In this document: positions 28,482 through 38,556 of the stretch, in pieces
How positions within the stretch are numbered: the first letter of the stretch is position 1
Layout: each line of letters begins with the position of its first letter
From: Bacteroidota bacterium
Lineage (GTDB): Bacteria > Bacteroidota > Bacteroidia > Bacteroidales > SKPS01
Assembly (NCBI GenBank): GCA_022709695.1
Contig: JAKLII010000011.1
Location: forward strand, 41,620-105,619
DNA length: 64,000 nucleotides
Direction of reading: 5' to 3'
Notes under the pieces: model-generated
What the model saw: only the letters and a program-made list of their open reading frames with translations
Databases searched by the model: none
What the model was told of the DNA's origin: nothing
Position numbers and translations under genes: made by a program

Positions 28482-30614
28482 ATGTCAAACCACGATTTTT
28501 CAGGGAGGATTGCCGGTGAGCTGAACCTCACCGTGCACCATGTGGCAAATGTGCTGAAGTTGTTTGCTGAAGGTGCAACAGTTCCCTTCATTGCACGCTA
28601 CCGCAAGGAGATGACCGGATCGATGGACGAAGAATCTGTGATCCGCATCCGCGATCTGAATGAGCGCTACCAGGAGCTCGAAAAGCGCAGGGAGGTGGTG
28701 CTGAAGAGCCTGGAAGGGCAGGGCGTACTTACCGAAGCATTGCGCCAGTCGGTACTGGGATGCAACACCCTGGCGGACCTGGAAGACGTGTATCTTCCGT
28801 ACAGGCCCAAAAGGGTTACCCGTGCTGAGATTGCCCGCGGGCGGGGACTGCTGCCCCTGGCAAAAACCCTGATGGAGCAGGGGCTGATACCCCTTCAGGC
28901 CGAGGCTGCCAAATATGTAAATGCGGAGCGTGGGGTTGCCACGGTTGAGGAGGCGCTGGCAGGTGCCCGTGACATCATTGCAGCATGGATCAATGAAAAC
29001 AAGGTATGCAGGGCAAAAATCCGCAGGCTCTTTGAGACGGAATCCCGGATCTTCTCGGCAGTGGTGAAGGGAAAAGAGCAGGAAGGGGATAAATACCGCG
29101 ATTATTTCCGGTGGGATGAGTTGCTGCACAAGGCCCCTTCGCACCGGTTGCTGGCGATGTTCAGGGGGGAGCAGGAGGGCTTTCTGAAACTTGTGATTGC
29201 ACCACCGGAGGAAGCAGCAAAGCGGATTCTCGAAGGGGTGGTGGTGAAGAATGATTTCGATGCAGGGCAGCAGGTTGCCCTGGCGGCGGCCGACAGCTAC
29301 AAAAGGCTGATAGCCCCTTCGATGGAGACCGAGATGCGGGCTGCAGCCCGGGAGAGGGCAGATGCCTATGCCATCAGGGTTTTTGCCGACAATGTACGGC
29401 AGTTGCTGATGGCCCCGCCGCTGGGACAGAAGCGGGTGCTGGCAATTGACCCGGGGTTTCGCACCGGTTGCAAGGTGGTGTGCCTGGATGCACAGGGGAA
29501 CCTGCTGCATAACACTACCATCTATCCCCATCTGCCACAGAGGGAACACGCACTGGCCGCGGCAAAAATCAAGGCGCTGGTGAGCCAGTATAAGATTGAA
29601 GCCATCGCCGTTGGGAACGGAACGGCCGGACGGGAGACCGAGTCGCTGGTGCGGGGTATCCGTTTCGACCGGGAGGTGGTGCTGATTATGGTAAACGAGA
29701 GCGGTGCATCGGTGTACTCCGCCTCCAAAGTGGCACGTGCCGAATTTCCAACCTACGATATCACGGTACGGGGAGCGGTTTCCATCGGCCGGCGGTTGCA
29801 GGATCCCCTGGCTGAGCTGGTGAAAATCGAGCCCAAATCGATCGGTGTGGGGCAGTACCAGCATGATGTAAACCAGAAACTGCTGGAACGGTCGCTCGAA
29901 GATACCGTGGTGAGCTGTGTGAACCAGGTGGGGGTGGATGTGAACACCGCCAGTATGCAGCTCCTTACCTATGTGTCGGGAGTGGGCCCGGTGCTGGCAG
30001 GCAACATTGTGGAGCACCGGAAAAAAATCGGGACATTCAGCTCACGTGAGCAACTGAAGGAGGTACCACGCCTGGGGCCGAAAGCCTTCGAGCAGGCGGC
30101 CGGCTTTCTGAGGATCCGGAGCGGAGCCAACCCCCTCGACAACACCGCAGTACACCCCGAAGCCTATCCGGTGGTATTGCGTATGGCACAGCAGAGCGGG
30201 CTTGACCCGGCAGGACTGATCGCTGACCGCGATGCCCGAAAATCCATTGTGGCGGAATCATTTGTGAATACACGGTTCGGACTGCCTACCATCATAGATA
30301 TCCTGAAAGAACTCGACAAGCCCGGAAGGGACCCCAGAATGCATTTTGAACTGGTGGAGTTTAATCCCGATGTGAAAACCATCCACGACCTCAAACCCGG
30401 CATGGTGCTCACGGGCATCGTTACCAATATCGCAGCATTCGGGGCATTTGTGGATATCGGGGTGCATCAGGACGGGCTGATCCACATATCACAGGTAGCC
30501 GATGAATTCGTGAGTGATATCGGGAAGTACCTGCACCTCCACCAAAAGGTCACGGTAAAGGTGCTCCAGGTGGAGCCTGAAAGGAAGAGAATTCAGCTTA
30601 CCCTTAAAGCCTGA
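28482..30614 (+). CDS. tex: Tex family RNA-binding protein (YqgF-like, HhH and S1 domains)
   Basis: ATVPFIARYRKE.TG, DPGFRTGCK, GNGTAGRETE, IGVGQYQHDV and a C-terminal S1 domain. Confidence 0.96.
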   Translation: MSNHDFSGRIAGELNLTVHHVANVLKLFAEGATVPFIARYRKEMTGSMDEESVIRIRDLNERYQELEKRREVVLKSLEGQGVLTEALRQSVLGCNTLADLEDVYLPYRPKRVTRAEIARGRGLLPLAKTLMEQGLIPLQAEAAKYVNAERGVATVEEALAGARDIIAAWINENKVCRAKIRRLFETESRIFSAVVKGKEQEGDKYRDYFRWDELLHKAPSHRLLAMFRGEQEGFLKLVIAPPEEAAKRILEGVVVKNDFDAGQQVALAAADSYKRLIAPSMETEMRAAARERADAYAIRVFADNVRQLLMAPPLGQKRVLAIDPGFRTGCKVVCLDAQGNLLHNTTIYPHLPQREHALAAAKIKALVSQYKIEAIAVGNGTAGRETESLVRGIRFDREVVLIMVNESGASVYSASKVARAEFPTYDITVRGAVSIGRRLQDPLAELVKIEPKSIGVGQYQHDVNQKLLERSLEDTVVSCVNQVGVDVNTASMQLLTYVSGVGPVLAGNIVEHRKKIGTFSSREQLKEVPRLGPKAFEQAAGFLRIRSGANPLDNTAVHPEAYPVVLRMAQQSGLDPAGLIADRDARKSIVAESFVNTRFGLPTIIDILKELDKPGRDPRMHFELVEFNPDVKTIHDLKPGMVLTGIVTNIAAFGAFVDIGVHQDGLIHISQVADEFVSDIGKYLHLHQKVTVKVLQVEPERKRIQLTLKA

Positions 30615-30699
30615 TCATAATGCGGGGGTTTTGTATCTTTATCCCCCCAATGATACTGCAACCGTTCAGGATGCGTTACCATTGTTAAACCCATATTGC

Positions 30700-31353
30700 A
30701 TGCGAAAAGTCACATTCTGTCTGCTGCTTTTGATCCTTCTGGTATCGGGCCTGCACGCATCCGGACAGAAGATCAGAGGGGGCTTCGTGTTCGGCTTCAA
30801 TGTGTCGCAGGTGGATGGGGATGAGATTTACGGTTACAGGAAATATGGGTTCCACGGGGGAGCTGCCGGCACGGTGCCCCTGAAAAAGAACTTCCTGCTT
30901 ACCCTCGAAACCCTCTACGCACAGAAAGGGGCAAACCAGCCCCGGAACATTTCGAGCTACAGGAAGTACCGCCTGGAGCTTGAGTACGTGGAGGTTCCTT
31001 TTTATCTGCAATACAACGACCGGGACATTTTTACCGTGGGAGCCGGATTTGCTTTTGCTAAACTGGTGGGGGTTAAAGAGTGGGAGAAAGGGATTCGTAC
31101 CTCTGCCACCCTTCTGGGGTCTGGTGCGGTATATGATCGCAACGATTATCTGGCCCTTGTCGACGTGAAATTCAGGATCTGGCAGAGGCTGAGTATGAAT
31201 GTGAGATTCCAGTATTCGATGGATAAAATCAGGGTTGCCACCTTTACCGATGATTTCAGCCAGCGTGAATGGCAGAGGAAACAATACAACAATCTGGTTA
31301 CCTTCAGATTGGCGTATATGTTCAATGAGCCGCTTCCCCCGAAGGAAGGATAA
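30700..31353 (+). CDS. Outer-membrane beta-barrel (PorT-like / OMP_b-brl_2) protein
   Basis: Signal peptide, GFN.SQVDGD, Y.L.LEYVEVP, and a terminal beta-strand. Confidence 0.75.
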   Translation: MRKVTFCLLLLILLVSGLHASGQKIRGGFVFGFNVSQVDGDEIYGYRKYGFHGGAAGTVPLKKNFLLTLETLYAQKGANQPRNISSYRKYRLELEYVEVPFYLQYNDRDIFTVGAGFAFAKLVGVKEWEKGIRTSATLLGSGAVYDRNDYLALVDVKFRIWQRLSMNVRFQYSMDKIRVATFTDDFSQREWQRKQYNNLVTFRLAYMFNEPLPPKEG

Positions 31354-31384
31354 AGGCAAAAGGCAAAAGTAAAAAGTAAAAAGT
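31354..31384 (+). repeat. Heptamer tandem AGGCAAA x2 + AGTAAAA x2
   Basis: Starts immediately after the OMP stop codon, between convergent genes. Confidence 0.8.
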
Positions 31385-31388
31385 GGGG

Positions 31389-32201
31389 TTACTTCTGCTT
31401 TATTTGTTCGGCGTAAAAGGCATGTACCTCTTCCACAAACTTTCTGGCCAGCGGACCCGACATCGGGTGGTTGAGGCCGAGCCGTTCGGGGTGCCATTGC
31501 ACCGCCATCAGAAACGGGAACCCGGAATTTCCGTCGGGTTCGATGGCTTCTATGAGTGAATCGGGCGACCAGCCTGTTGCTTTGAGGCCCGGGGCCAGCA
31601 CTTCGATGCCCTGGTGGTGCACCGAATTCACCTCGTGGGTGGCCTGGCCGGTGAGCAATCGGATGGCAGAACCTTCGGCCAGGGTAACGGGATGGAAATT
31701 TTCGTAGTCTCGTTCTGCATTGCGGTGGGTTACCGTAGTGTCGAACCGGGTGGGGATATCGGGATAGAGAGAGCCGCCATGAAAAACATTGATCACCTGC
31801 AGGCCACGGCAGATGCCGAATACAGGCATTTTCAGCTCCCGGGCCCGTTTCAGCAGGGCCATCTCAAGGGTGTCCCGGTATCCGTCGATTTCGCAAACTA
31901 CCGTGTCTTCAAACTGGTCATAGTAGCCAGGGTGAACGTCAGCACCGCCGTTCATCAGCAGTCCGCTGCATTTCTCCAGCATAATCAGAGCTGAATCCAT
32001 CGGGATGTGGTACATGTCTACCAGTACGATGTTGGAGTCGACACCCTGTAACCACGCTTTGTAGGCGGCGTAATTTTCCGTGTCCCTGTACTTGGCGATG
32101 GCCACGTAAATGCTGGTGTCCTTTTCTGACTGACAGGTCCAGAAGGCCAGGCCGGTGATGACGAGAACTACGGTGATCAGTCGAACAAGGCGTTTGTCCA
32201 T
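31389..32201 (-). CDS. Peptidase C26 / PuuD-like gamma-glutamyl hydrolase (class I glutamine amidotransferase fold), probably exported
   Basis: GGADVHP, nucleophile elbow GICRGLQ, VNSVHHQ and VQWHPE. Confidence 0.9.
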   Translation of the reverse strand: MDKRLVRLITVVLVITGLAFWTCQSEKDTSIYVAIAKYRDTENYAAYKAWLQGVDSNIVLVDMYHIPMDSALIMLEKCSGLLMNGGADVHPGYYDQFEDTVVCEIDGYRDTLEMALLKRARELKMPVFGICRGLQVINVFHGGSLYPDIPTRFDTTVTHRNAERDYENFHPVTLAEGSAIRLLTGQATHEVNSVHHQGIEVLAPGLKATGWSPDSLIEAIEPDGNSGFPFLMAVQWHPERLGLNHPMSGPLARKFVEEVHAFYAEQIKQK

Positions 32202-32221
32202 AAGAGGCTGATTTGGCGGTG

Positions 32222-32229
32222 CAAAGTTA
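32222..32229 (-). promoter_or_regulatory. -7 box for the C26 hydrolase
   Basis: TAACTTTG(CA) on the minus strand. Confidence 0.6.
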
Positions 32230-32246
32230 CAATTCTTTACGGAGTG

Positions 32247-32957
32247 TCAAGCAAAAAGGTAAAAATCACGGGTCAGATCCAGATATTCCTCCGACCAGCT
32301 GTTGTCGGAGCGGCGGATGTTGATGCTGGTTTCACGGGTTTTGCCGGTATGATCCGTGCGGTAACAAGCCATCATTCTAACGGCTGCCGATTCAGATTTA
32401 TGATGTACGGCAACGAGAATTTCGGCATACAGCCCTGCCAACAGGGCCCTTTCGTTGAATACGGGGAAGCTTTCAGCCGGCAGGATCAGGCAGAATTGTC
32501 CGTGGGGAGCGAGAAGTTTTCGGGCCGATTGCGCCAGCTCAGTGAAATTCAGGGAGGTATCGTGGCGGGCATCATTTAGCTTTTTGTCGTTGCTTTTAAG
32601 TGATTCCTGGAAGAAGGGAGGGTTGCTCACAACCAGATGGTATTGCCCCGGGTGTTCGCCGGCAAAGGTTCTTACGTCGGCATGCACCACCTGAACCCCG
32701 GAGGCAAAGGGGCTTTGAAGCACGTTTGTTTGTGCCTGTGCTGCTGCCTCCGCATCGATCTCCACGCCGGTGATGTGCAGGCTGGGATGGCGCTGTGCAA
32801 GCATGAGGCTGATGATGCCCGATCCACATCCGATGTCAAGCACCCGACCGGAGTGGGGCAGGGGAGCCCATGCACCGAGCAGCACAGCATCGGTGCCGGT
32901 TTTCATGCCACAGCCGGTGTCGTCGACGGCAAATTGCTTAAAGCGGAAAACCCCCAT
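32247..32957 (-). CDS. tRNA1(Val) (adenine(37)-N6)-methyltransferase
   Basis: FRFKQF...MKTGTDAVLLG, LDIGCGSG and VSNPPFF. Confidence 0.92.
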   Translation of the reverse strand: MGVFRFKQFAVDDTGCGMKTGTDAVLLGAWAPLPHSGRVLDIGCGSGIISLMLAQRHPSLHITGVEIDAEAAAQAQTNVLQSPFASGVQVVHADVRTFAGEHPGQYHLVVSNPPFFQESLKSNDKKLNDARHDTSLNFTELAQSARKLLAPHGQFCLILPAESFPVFNERALLAGLYAEILVAVHHKSESAAVRMMACYRTDHTGKTRETSINIRRSDNSWSEEYLDLTRDFYLFA

Positions 32958-32962
32958 GGTCA

Positions 32963-33493
32963 CTAAGGGTTGAGGTACATATCTATCAGCCCTTCAGGGG
33001 CTTCGATGTGGATCCGCCGTTTTTTATGATCGGTCCTGCGGATGATTCCGGGGTCCATGGGGATCAGGATCTCTTTCCCGTGAGAGGTTACCACCAGCAG
33101 GGGTTGTTCTTCACGGCTCCACACCTCCTTCACGGTGCCAATGGTTCCATGGGTTTTGTCCACAACTTCGTATCCTTCCGGATCTTCAGCGGTGTAAGCA
33201 GCTTTTTTCGCGGCAGCAAGGTCTTTCCGCAGCAGCCACACCGTGGCCTGGAGCAGCCGTTCCAGCACCGGCGGGGCTGAGTCGGCCAGCAGCACCACAA
33301 AGGCACCCGCGCCCTGCCTTCTGGCTGAGAGAACCAAAAAAGGAACCAGTCTCCCTTGTATTTCAACGAAGACTGATTCCGGTAACTTTTTCAGATGTGC
33401 AAATTCTTCTGCTGATTTCAGCAACACTTCACCTTCGAAGCCCCATTTGCGGGTTATGGTACCTGCCTCAACGGCCTGGTCGCGGGGGATCAT
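32963..33493 (-). CDS. rimM: Ribosome maturation factor RimM
   Basis: GTITRKWGFEGEV...VPF...KEILIP...PEGLIDMY, downstream of rpsP. Confidence 0.93.
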   Translation of the reverse strand: MIPRDQAVEAGTITRKWGFEGEVLLKSAEEFAHLKKLPESVFVEIQGRLVPFLVLSARRQGAGAFVVLLADSAPPVLERLLQATVWLLRKDLAAAKKAAYTAEDPEGYEVVDKTHGTIGTVKEVWSREEQPLLVVTSHGKEILIPMDPGIIRRTDHKKRRIHIEAPEGLIDMYLNP

Positions 33494-33514
33494 CGCGGGA
33501 AGTTGCAGAGAAGA

Positions 33515-34069
33515 TTATTCTGCCGGCTCTTCAGCAGGGGCATCAGCAGCTTCCTGTGGTTCGGCAGGAGCTTCTTCTGCGGGGGCAGGTGCCGTTTCGG
33601 CCATGATTTTGGCAGCGCGCTTCTCGGCTACCCTGGCCGCAATGGCTTCGTTCACCTTGATTTCGCTTTCCAGCGCTTTCTTCTTCTTGTTCTTTTTGTC
33701 GAGCTCTTCCTGTTTCACCTTCTGCAGGATGGTCTCCTCCTTGGTTTTGAGCCAGGTCTGGAATTTCTCTTCAGCCTGCTCCGGCGTCATGGCACCCTTC
33801 TGCACACCCTTCAGCAGGTGGTTTTTATGCATCACCCCCTTGTACGAAAGGATTGCACGGGCGGTGTCGGTGGGCTGGGCTCCGTTCTGTAACCACTGCA
33901 GGGCCTTGTCGAAATCGATTTCGATGGTGGCCGGTTTGGTCAGTGGATTGTAACTGCCAATCTTTTCAATAAACTTTCCGTCTCGTGGTGCACGACCATC
34001 CGCAATAATAATGTGGTAAAAGGGCTGTCCCTTCTTACCTCTTCTCTGTAACCTGATTTTTGTTGGCAT
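33515..34069 (-). CDS. rpsP: 30S ribosomal protein S16 (long Bacteroidota form with an Ala/Glu/Pro tail)
   Basis: [39 protein letters not shown]. Confidence 0.98.
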   Translation of the reverse strand: MPTKIRLQRRGKKGQPFYHIIIADGRAPRDGKFIEKIGSYNPLTKPATIEIDFDKALQWLQNGAQPTDTARAILSYKGVMHKNHLLKGVQKGAMTPEQAEEKFQTWLKTKEETILQKVKQEELDKKNKKKKALESEIKVNEAIAARVAEKRAAKIMAETAPAPAEEAPAEPQEAADAPAEEPAE

Positions 34070-34115
34070 ACCGGTTTGTGTTAGTTGGTATTAATTCTCC
34101 CATCAAATGGGGGTG

Positions 34116-34123
34116 CAAAGGTA
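34116..34123 (-). promoter_or_regulatory. -7 box for the rpsP operon
   Basis: TACCTTTG(CA) on the minus strand. Confidence 0.6.
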
Positions 34124-34158
34124 GGGATTCTTTTTTTGATTACCAAGGTTTTTCTTTA

Positions 34159-34532
34159 ACCACAAAGGCACTAAGGGCACGGAGGAACACGGAGAGAGTT
34201 CTTTCGTGATTTTTAAAATCAGTGAAAATCAAAAAAAAATCCGCGTTACTTATACTGAGCGCAGCCGAAGTATCTGCGTTCTTTTTTTACCCGCTGATTC
34301 CGCAGATATTAAAACCAAATAAGACATATAAGAAAATATTAGGTTTCATATAAGCTTATATGCCTTCGTAAATAATCTTATATGTTAAAATTCAACACAT
34401 TTACACATTTACATCCCGGATCGCTTCGCTCCCGGGACTTCGCTTTGCTCAGCATTTTCACATTGGTCCCTGACCCGCAGATCCCACGGATTTTCTCAGC
34501 TTTTTCACTTTTTCCTTTTTCCTTTTGCCCTT
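34159..34532. repeat. Modular intergenic repeat element, copy 1, plus extra arms
   Basis: ACCACAAAGGCAC... core at 34159 (near-identical to 56816); AAAATCAGTGAAAATC arm at 34215; 24-nt hairpin at 34249-34272; CATATAAG palindrome at 34308-34414 (matches 44656-44772); inverted hairpin relative ACTTCGCTTTGCTCAG at 34437-34452; heptamer arm at 34506-34532. Confidence 0.85.
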
Positions 34533-34624
34533 AGTCTTTCATAAGTTATCAACATTCACCCCCGGCAGCGAGAAACCTTTTATTTTTAGCCTTGCAAATA
34601 TCCCACGGAAAAACACCTTACTGC

Positions 34625-37600
34625 ATGTCTCAATTTGTTCATCTGCACGTTCATACACAATATTCGCTCCTCGACGGGGCCTCCGGGATTTCCTCGCTGG
34701 TTTCCCGTGCAAAGGAGTTGGGGATGCCGGCGCTCGCCATCACCGACCATGGCAATATGTTTGGCGCCATCCATTTTCTGAGCGAGGCAATAAAGCAGGA
34801 AATAAAGCCTATTCTTGGCTGCGAAGTCTACGTAGCCGAGGGTGATCGTACCCGCCGGGGGGGCAGGGACGACCGCAGCGGTCACCACCTGATTCTGCTC
34901 GCCAAAAACAAGGAAGGATACCACAACCTGGCAAAGCTGGTCTCAAAGGGGTATCTGGAGGGATTTTACTACACCCCGCGTGTCGACAAGCAGCTGATCC
35001 GTGAGCATTCTGAAGGGCTTATCGCCCTGTCGGCCTGCCTGGGGGGAGAGCTTCCGCAAGCCATCATGAAGTCGGGATACGAAGCCGGGCTGGCCATCGC
35101 CCGCGAGTTTCAGGAGATTTTCGGGGAGGACTATTACCTCGAGCTCCAGAACCACGGGATCCCCGAACAGCAGGAGGTGAACCCTGTGATTGACGCCATT
35201 GCCGCCGAAACCGGAATCCGCATGGTGGCTACCAACGACGTGCATTTTATCAGGGCCGAAGACTACGATGCCCATAAAATCCTCATCTGCCTCAACACCG
35301 GTAAGGATTATGACGATGCCGACGCACTCCACTACACCGGGCAGGAGTACCTGAAGTCGGCCGGTGAGATCGAAAAGCTGTTCCCCGGAATGCCGGAGGT
35401 GCTGGAGAACACCCTGGAGATTGCCAATAAGGTTGAAGTGTTCGATCTGAAAAGGGATGTGATCCTGCCGGTATTTCCGCTGCCGGAGGGTTTTGCGGAT
35501 GCCGATGCCTACCTCAGTCACCTCACCTACGAAGGGGCTGCAGCGAAATATGGTGCTTTAAACGAAGAGGTCAAGCAGCGGCTGGTTTATGAGCTGGATG
35601 TGATCCGGGGGATGGGGTATGCCGGCTATTTCCTGATTGTACAGGATTTTATTGCAGAGGCCCGCCGCAGGGGAACCCTGGTGGGACCCGGCAGGGGTTC
35701 TGCAGCAGGCTCTGCCGTGGCCTACTGCATCGGCATCACCAATATCGACCCCATAAAATACAGGCTGCTCTTCGAGCGGTTCCTGAACCCGGAGCGTATG
35801 TCGATGCCCGATATCGATGTGGATTTTGATGATTACGGCCGCGATGATATCATCCGCTATGTACAGGACAAATACGGCGAAGACCATGTGGCACAGATTG
35901 TTACATTTGGAAGGATGGCAGCCAAATCGGCCATCCGCGATGTGGCCCGGGTGCTGAAGCTCCCACTGCCCGAGGCAGACCGCCTGGCGAAAATGGTGCC
36001 CGATGGCCCGAAAGTCACCCTGGAGTCGGCCCTGCGCGATTCGCCCGACCTGATGCAGGAACTGAAGGAGGGGGAGGAGAAGGTGCAGAAAACCCTCCGG
36101 TTTGCCCAGACCCTCGAAGGCTCCGTGCGGCAGACCGGCACCCATGCCTGTGGCGTGATCATCGGCCCCGAACCCCTGATTGAACACATCCCCCTCTGCA
36201 CCCAGAAGGAGTCAAGCATCATGGTTACCCAGTACGACGGGAAGCTGATTGAAGGGGTGGGGATGCTGAAAATGGACTTCCTGGGCCTCAGCACCCTGTC
36301 TATGATCAAGGACGCGCTGGTGGCCATCGAGGAGCGGCATGGGATAAAAATCGACATCGATACCATCCCGCTGGATGACGAAAAGACCTTTGCCCTCTTC
36401 AGAAGGGGCGATACCATGGGGCTTTTCCAGTTTGAATCGGAGGGGATGCAGATGTACCTCAAAGACCTTCAGCCCGAAGGGATCGAAGACCTGATCGCCA
36501 TGAATGCCCTCTACCGCCCGGGCCCGATGGATTACATCCCGGTGTATATCGACCGGAAGCACGGAAAGGCGAAAGTGGAATACCCCCACGAGATGCTGAG
36601 CGGGATCCTTGACTATACCTACGGCATTATGGTGTACCAGGAACAGATCATGCAGGCGGCCCAGATTATGGGGGGGTTCTCGCCCGGGAAAGCCGATAAT
36701 CTGCGGAAAGCCATGGGGAAAAAGGAGATTCAGATCATGCTTCAGCAGAGGTTGGATTTTATTGAAGGGGCTGAAGCCAGGGGAATTGACCGGAACAAGG
36801 CCACAGAGGTCTTCGACACCATGGCCAAATTTGCAGAATATGGCTTCAACAGATCCCATTCTGCCGCTTACTCATTGCTGGCTTACCAGACAGGCTATCT
36901 GAAAGCCCACTACCCCTCTGAGTACATGGCCGCCGTGCTCACGCACCACCTGAGCGACATCAAAAAAATCACCCTTTACATCGATGCCTGCCGGCAAAGC
37001 GGCATCAATGTGCTGGGGCCCGACGTCAACCACAGTGGCATCCGGTTCTCCACCAACGAAAAGGGGGAGATCCTGTTCGGCCTCGGAGCGGTGAAGGGTG
37101 TGGGTGAAATCGCTGCACAGGCGATCATACAGGAACGCCGGAGCCGGGGAGCCTTCGCCTCGGTGTTCGACTTCATCAAGCGTGTGCCCCTGAAGACCGT
37201 GAACAAACGATGCCTCGAGGCGATGGCCATGGCCGGGGTTTTCGACAGCCTGGGAACCCACCGCGCCCAGTTTTTCCATTCCGAAGGGGTGGATGGCACC
37301 ACCTTCATCGAAAAACTCATCCGTTTCGGGGGGCTGGCCCAGCAGCACAGGGAAACGGCACAGCAATCCCTTTTCGGCGACGATGAAGCGGCTGCAATCC
37401 CCGATCCGTTGCTCCCCAGCTGCAACCCCTGGTCCCCCCTCCAGCAACTCAGTAACGAAAAGGAGGTGATCGGATTCTATGTGTCCGGACACCCCCTCGA
37501 CCAGTATAAGCTGGAAATCAGGACCTTTGTGCGGAATAACACCGATGAGGTGAAAAACGACATGAAACGCTTCATGCAGCGTGAGTTCACCCTCGGGGTG

Positions 37601-38086
37601 ATCGTGAATGAGGTGGCCCACCGGTATTCGAAAACCGGAAGACCCTTTGGAAACCTTACCCTCGAAGACTATCAGGGTACATTTTCCCTGAGCCTGTATG
37701 GCGAGGATTACCTGAAATGGAAACATCTGATGGTGAAGGGTGAGTTCCTCTTTATCAAAGGGGATGTGACACAGCGCCATGCAGGATCTGAAGAGTACTT
37801 TTACCGGATCAGGGATGTGAAGCTCCTGTCGGAGGTGCTGAATCATTACGTAAAAGGGATCATTTTGTCGGTGGATTTGAAGCAAACCACTGCAGATGAA
37901 CATCTTGCTGCTCAATTGCTGAAACTCATCCGGGCGCACCCGGGCAACTGCAAAATCAAGATGTTTGTGAGAAATGAAGAGGAAACGATGATGTTTTTCC
38001 TTCCGAAACGGTATGTGAATCCCTTTGATTTCCTGCGGAATATCAAGGATGTTCCTGGGGTCGTTTATGCATTGGAGGATAAATAA
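34625..38086 (+). CDS. dnaE: DNA polymerase III subunit alpha
   Basis: PHP motif HLHVHTQYSLLDG, GRGSAAGS, PDIDVDF and KMDFLGL. Start taken at MSQF. Confidence 0.98.
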   Translation: MSQFVHLHVHTQYSLLDGASGISSLVSRAKELGMPALAITDHGNMFGAIHFLSEAIKQEIKPILGCEVYVAEGDRTRRGGRDDRSGHHLILLAKNKEGYHNLAKLVSKGYLEGFYYTPRVDKQLIREHSEGLIALSACLGGELPQAIMKSGYEAGLAIAREFQEIFGEDYYLELQNHGIPEQQEVNPVIDAIAAETGIRMVATNDVHFIRAEDYDAHKILICLNTGKDYDDADALHYTGQEYLKSAGEIEKLFPGMPEVLENTLEIANKVEVFDLKRDVILPVFPLPEGFADADAYLSHLTYEGAAAKYGALNEEVKQRLVYELDVIRGMGYAGYFLIVQDFIAEARRRGTLVGPGRGSAAGSAVAYCIGITNIDPIKYRLLFERFLNPERMSMPDIDVDFDDYGRDDIIRYVQDKYGEDHVAQIVTFGRMAAKSAIRDVARVLKLPLPEADRLAKMVPDGPKVTLESALRDSPDLMQELKEGEEKVQKTLRFAQTLEGSVRQTGTHACGVIIGPEPLIEHIPLCTQKESSIMVTQYDGKLIEGVGMLKMDFLGLSTLSMIKDALVAIEERHGIKIDIDTIPLDDEKTFALFRRGDTMGLFQFESEGMQMYLKDLQPEGIEDLIAMNALYRPGPMDYIPVYIDRKHGKAKVEYPHEMLSGILDYTYGIMVYQEQIMQAAQIMGGFSPGKADNLRKAMGKKEIQIMLQQRLDFIEGAEARGIDRNKATEVFDTMAKFAEYGFNRSHSAAYSLLAYQTGYLKAHYPSEYMAAVLTHHLSDIKKITLYIDACRQSGINVLGPDVNHSGIRFSTNEKGEILFGLGAVKGVGEIAAQAIIQERRSRGAFASVFDFIKRVPLKTVNKRCLEAMAMAGVFDSLGTHRAQFFHSEGVDGTTFIEKLIRFGGLAQQHRETAQQSLFGDDEAAAIPDPLLPSCNPWSPLQQLSNEKEVIGFYVSGHPLDQYKLEIRTFVRNNTDEVKNDMKRFMQREFTLGVIVNEVAHRYSKTGRPFGNLTLEDYQGTFSLSLYGEDYLKWKHLMVKGEFLFIKGDVTQRHAGSEEYFYRIRDVKLLSEVLNHYVKGIILSVDLKQTTADEHLAAQLLKLIRAHPGNCKIKMFVRNEEETMMFFLPKRYVNPFDFLRNIKDVPGVVYALEDK

Positions 38087-38132
38087 CCAAAGTTTATCCT
38101 TTCAGCCGTGAACAAAATGTTCTGAAAAATTG

Positions 38133-38140
38133 TAAGTTTG
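38133..38140 (+). promoter_or_regulatory. -7 box for trxA
   Basis: TAAGTTTG(CA). Confidence 0.6.
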
Positions 38141-38164
38141 CAGAAACCTATAATTACACGCATA

Positions 38165-38482
38165 ATGGCATTAGAAATCAACGATGCGAATTTTGAAGAA
38201 CTGGTGGTAAAATCGGATAAACCGGTAATAATCGACTTCTGGGCAGTCTGGTGCGGCCCATGCCGTATGATTGCACCCCTGATTGAAGAGATGGCCAGGG
38301 AGTATGAAGGGAAAGCGGTGATCGGGAAGCTTGACGTTGACAGCAACCCCAACGTGACCACGAAATTTGGCGTCCGCAATATCCCCACAGTGCTCTTCCT
38401 GAAAAACGGTCAGGTAGTCGACAAGCAGGTGGGCGCCGTACCCAAATCGGTACTGGTGCAAAAGCTGGAAGCACTTCTCTGA
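38165..38482 (+). CDS. trxA: Thioredoxin
   Basis: WCGPC active site. Start taken at MALEIND. Confidence 0.97.
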   Translation: MALEINDANFEELVVKSDKPVIIDFWAVWCGPCRMIAPLIEEMAREYEGKAVIGKLDVDSNPNVTTKFGVRNIPTVLFLKNGQVVDKQVGAVPKSVLVQKLEALL

Positions 38483-38556
38483 TTGATGTGAATACTGTAA
38501 CTATTTCAGGATGAGCCGGATTATTCCATCAGGAACCGGTATCACGCTATTTCCTT

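Noticed and set aside
28500-30017. 505-aa antisense ORF over tex
   Set aside because: It is a shadow ORF from the codon bias of a highly conserved gene, with no recognisable motifs.
34159-34532. Repeat mosaics as a CRISPR array or tRNA
   Set aside because: There is no regular repeat-spacer period, no cas genes, and no cloverleaf with T-loop and anticodon arms.
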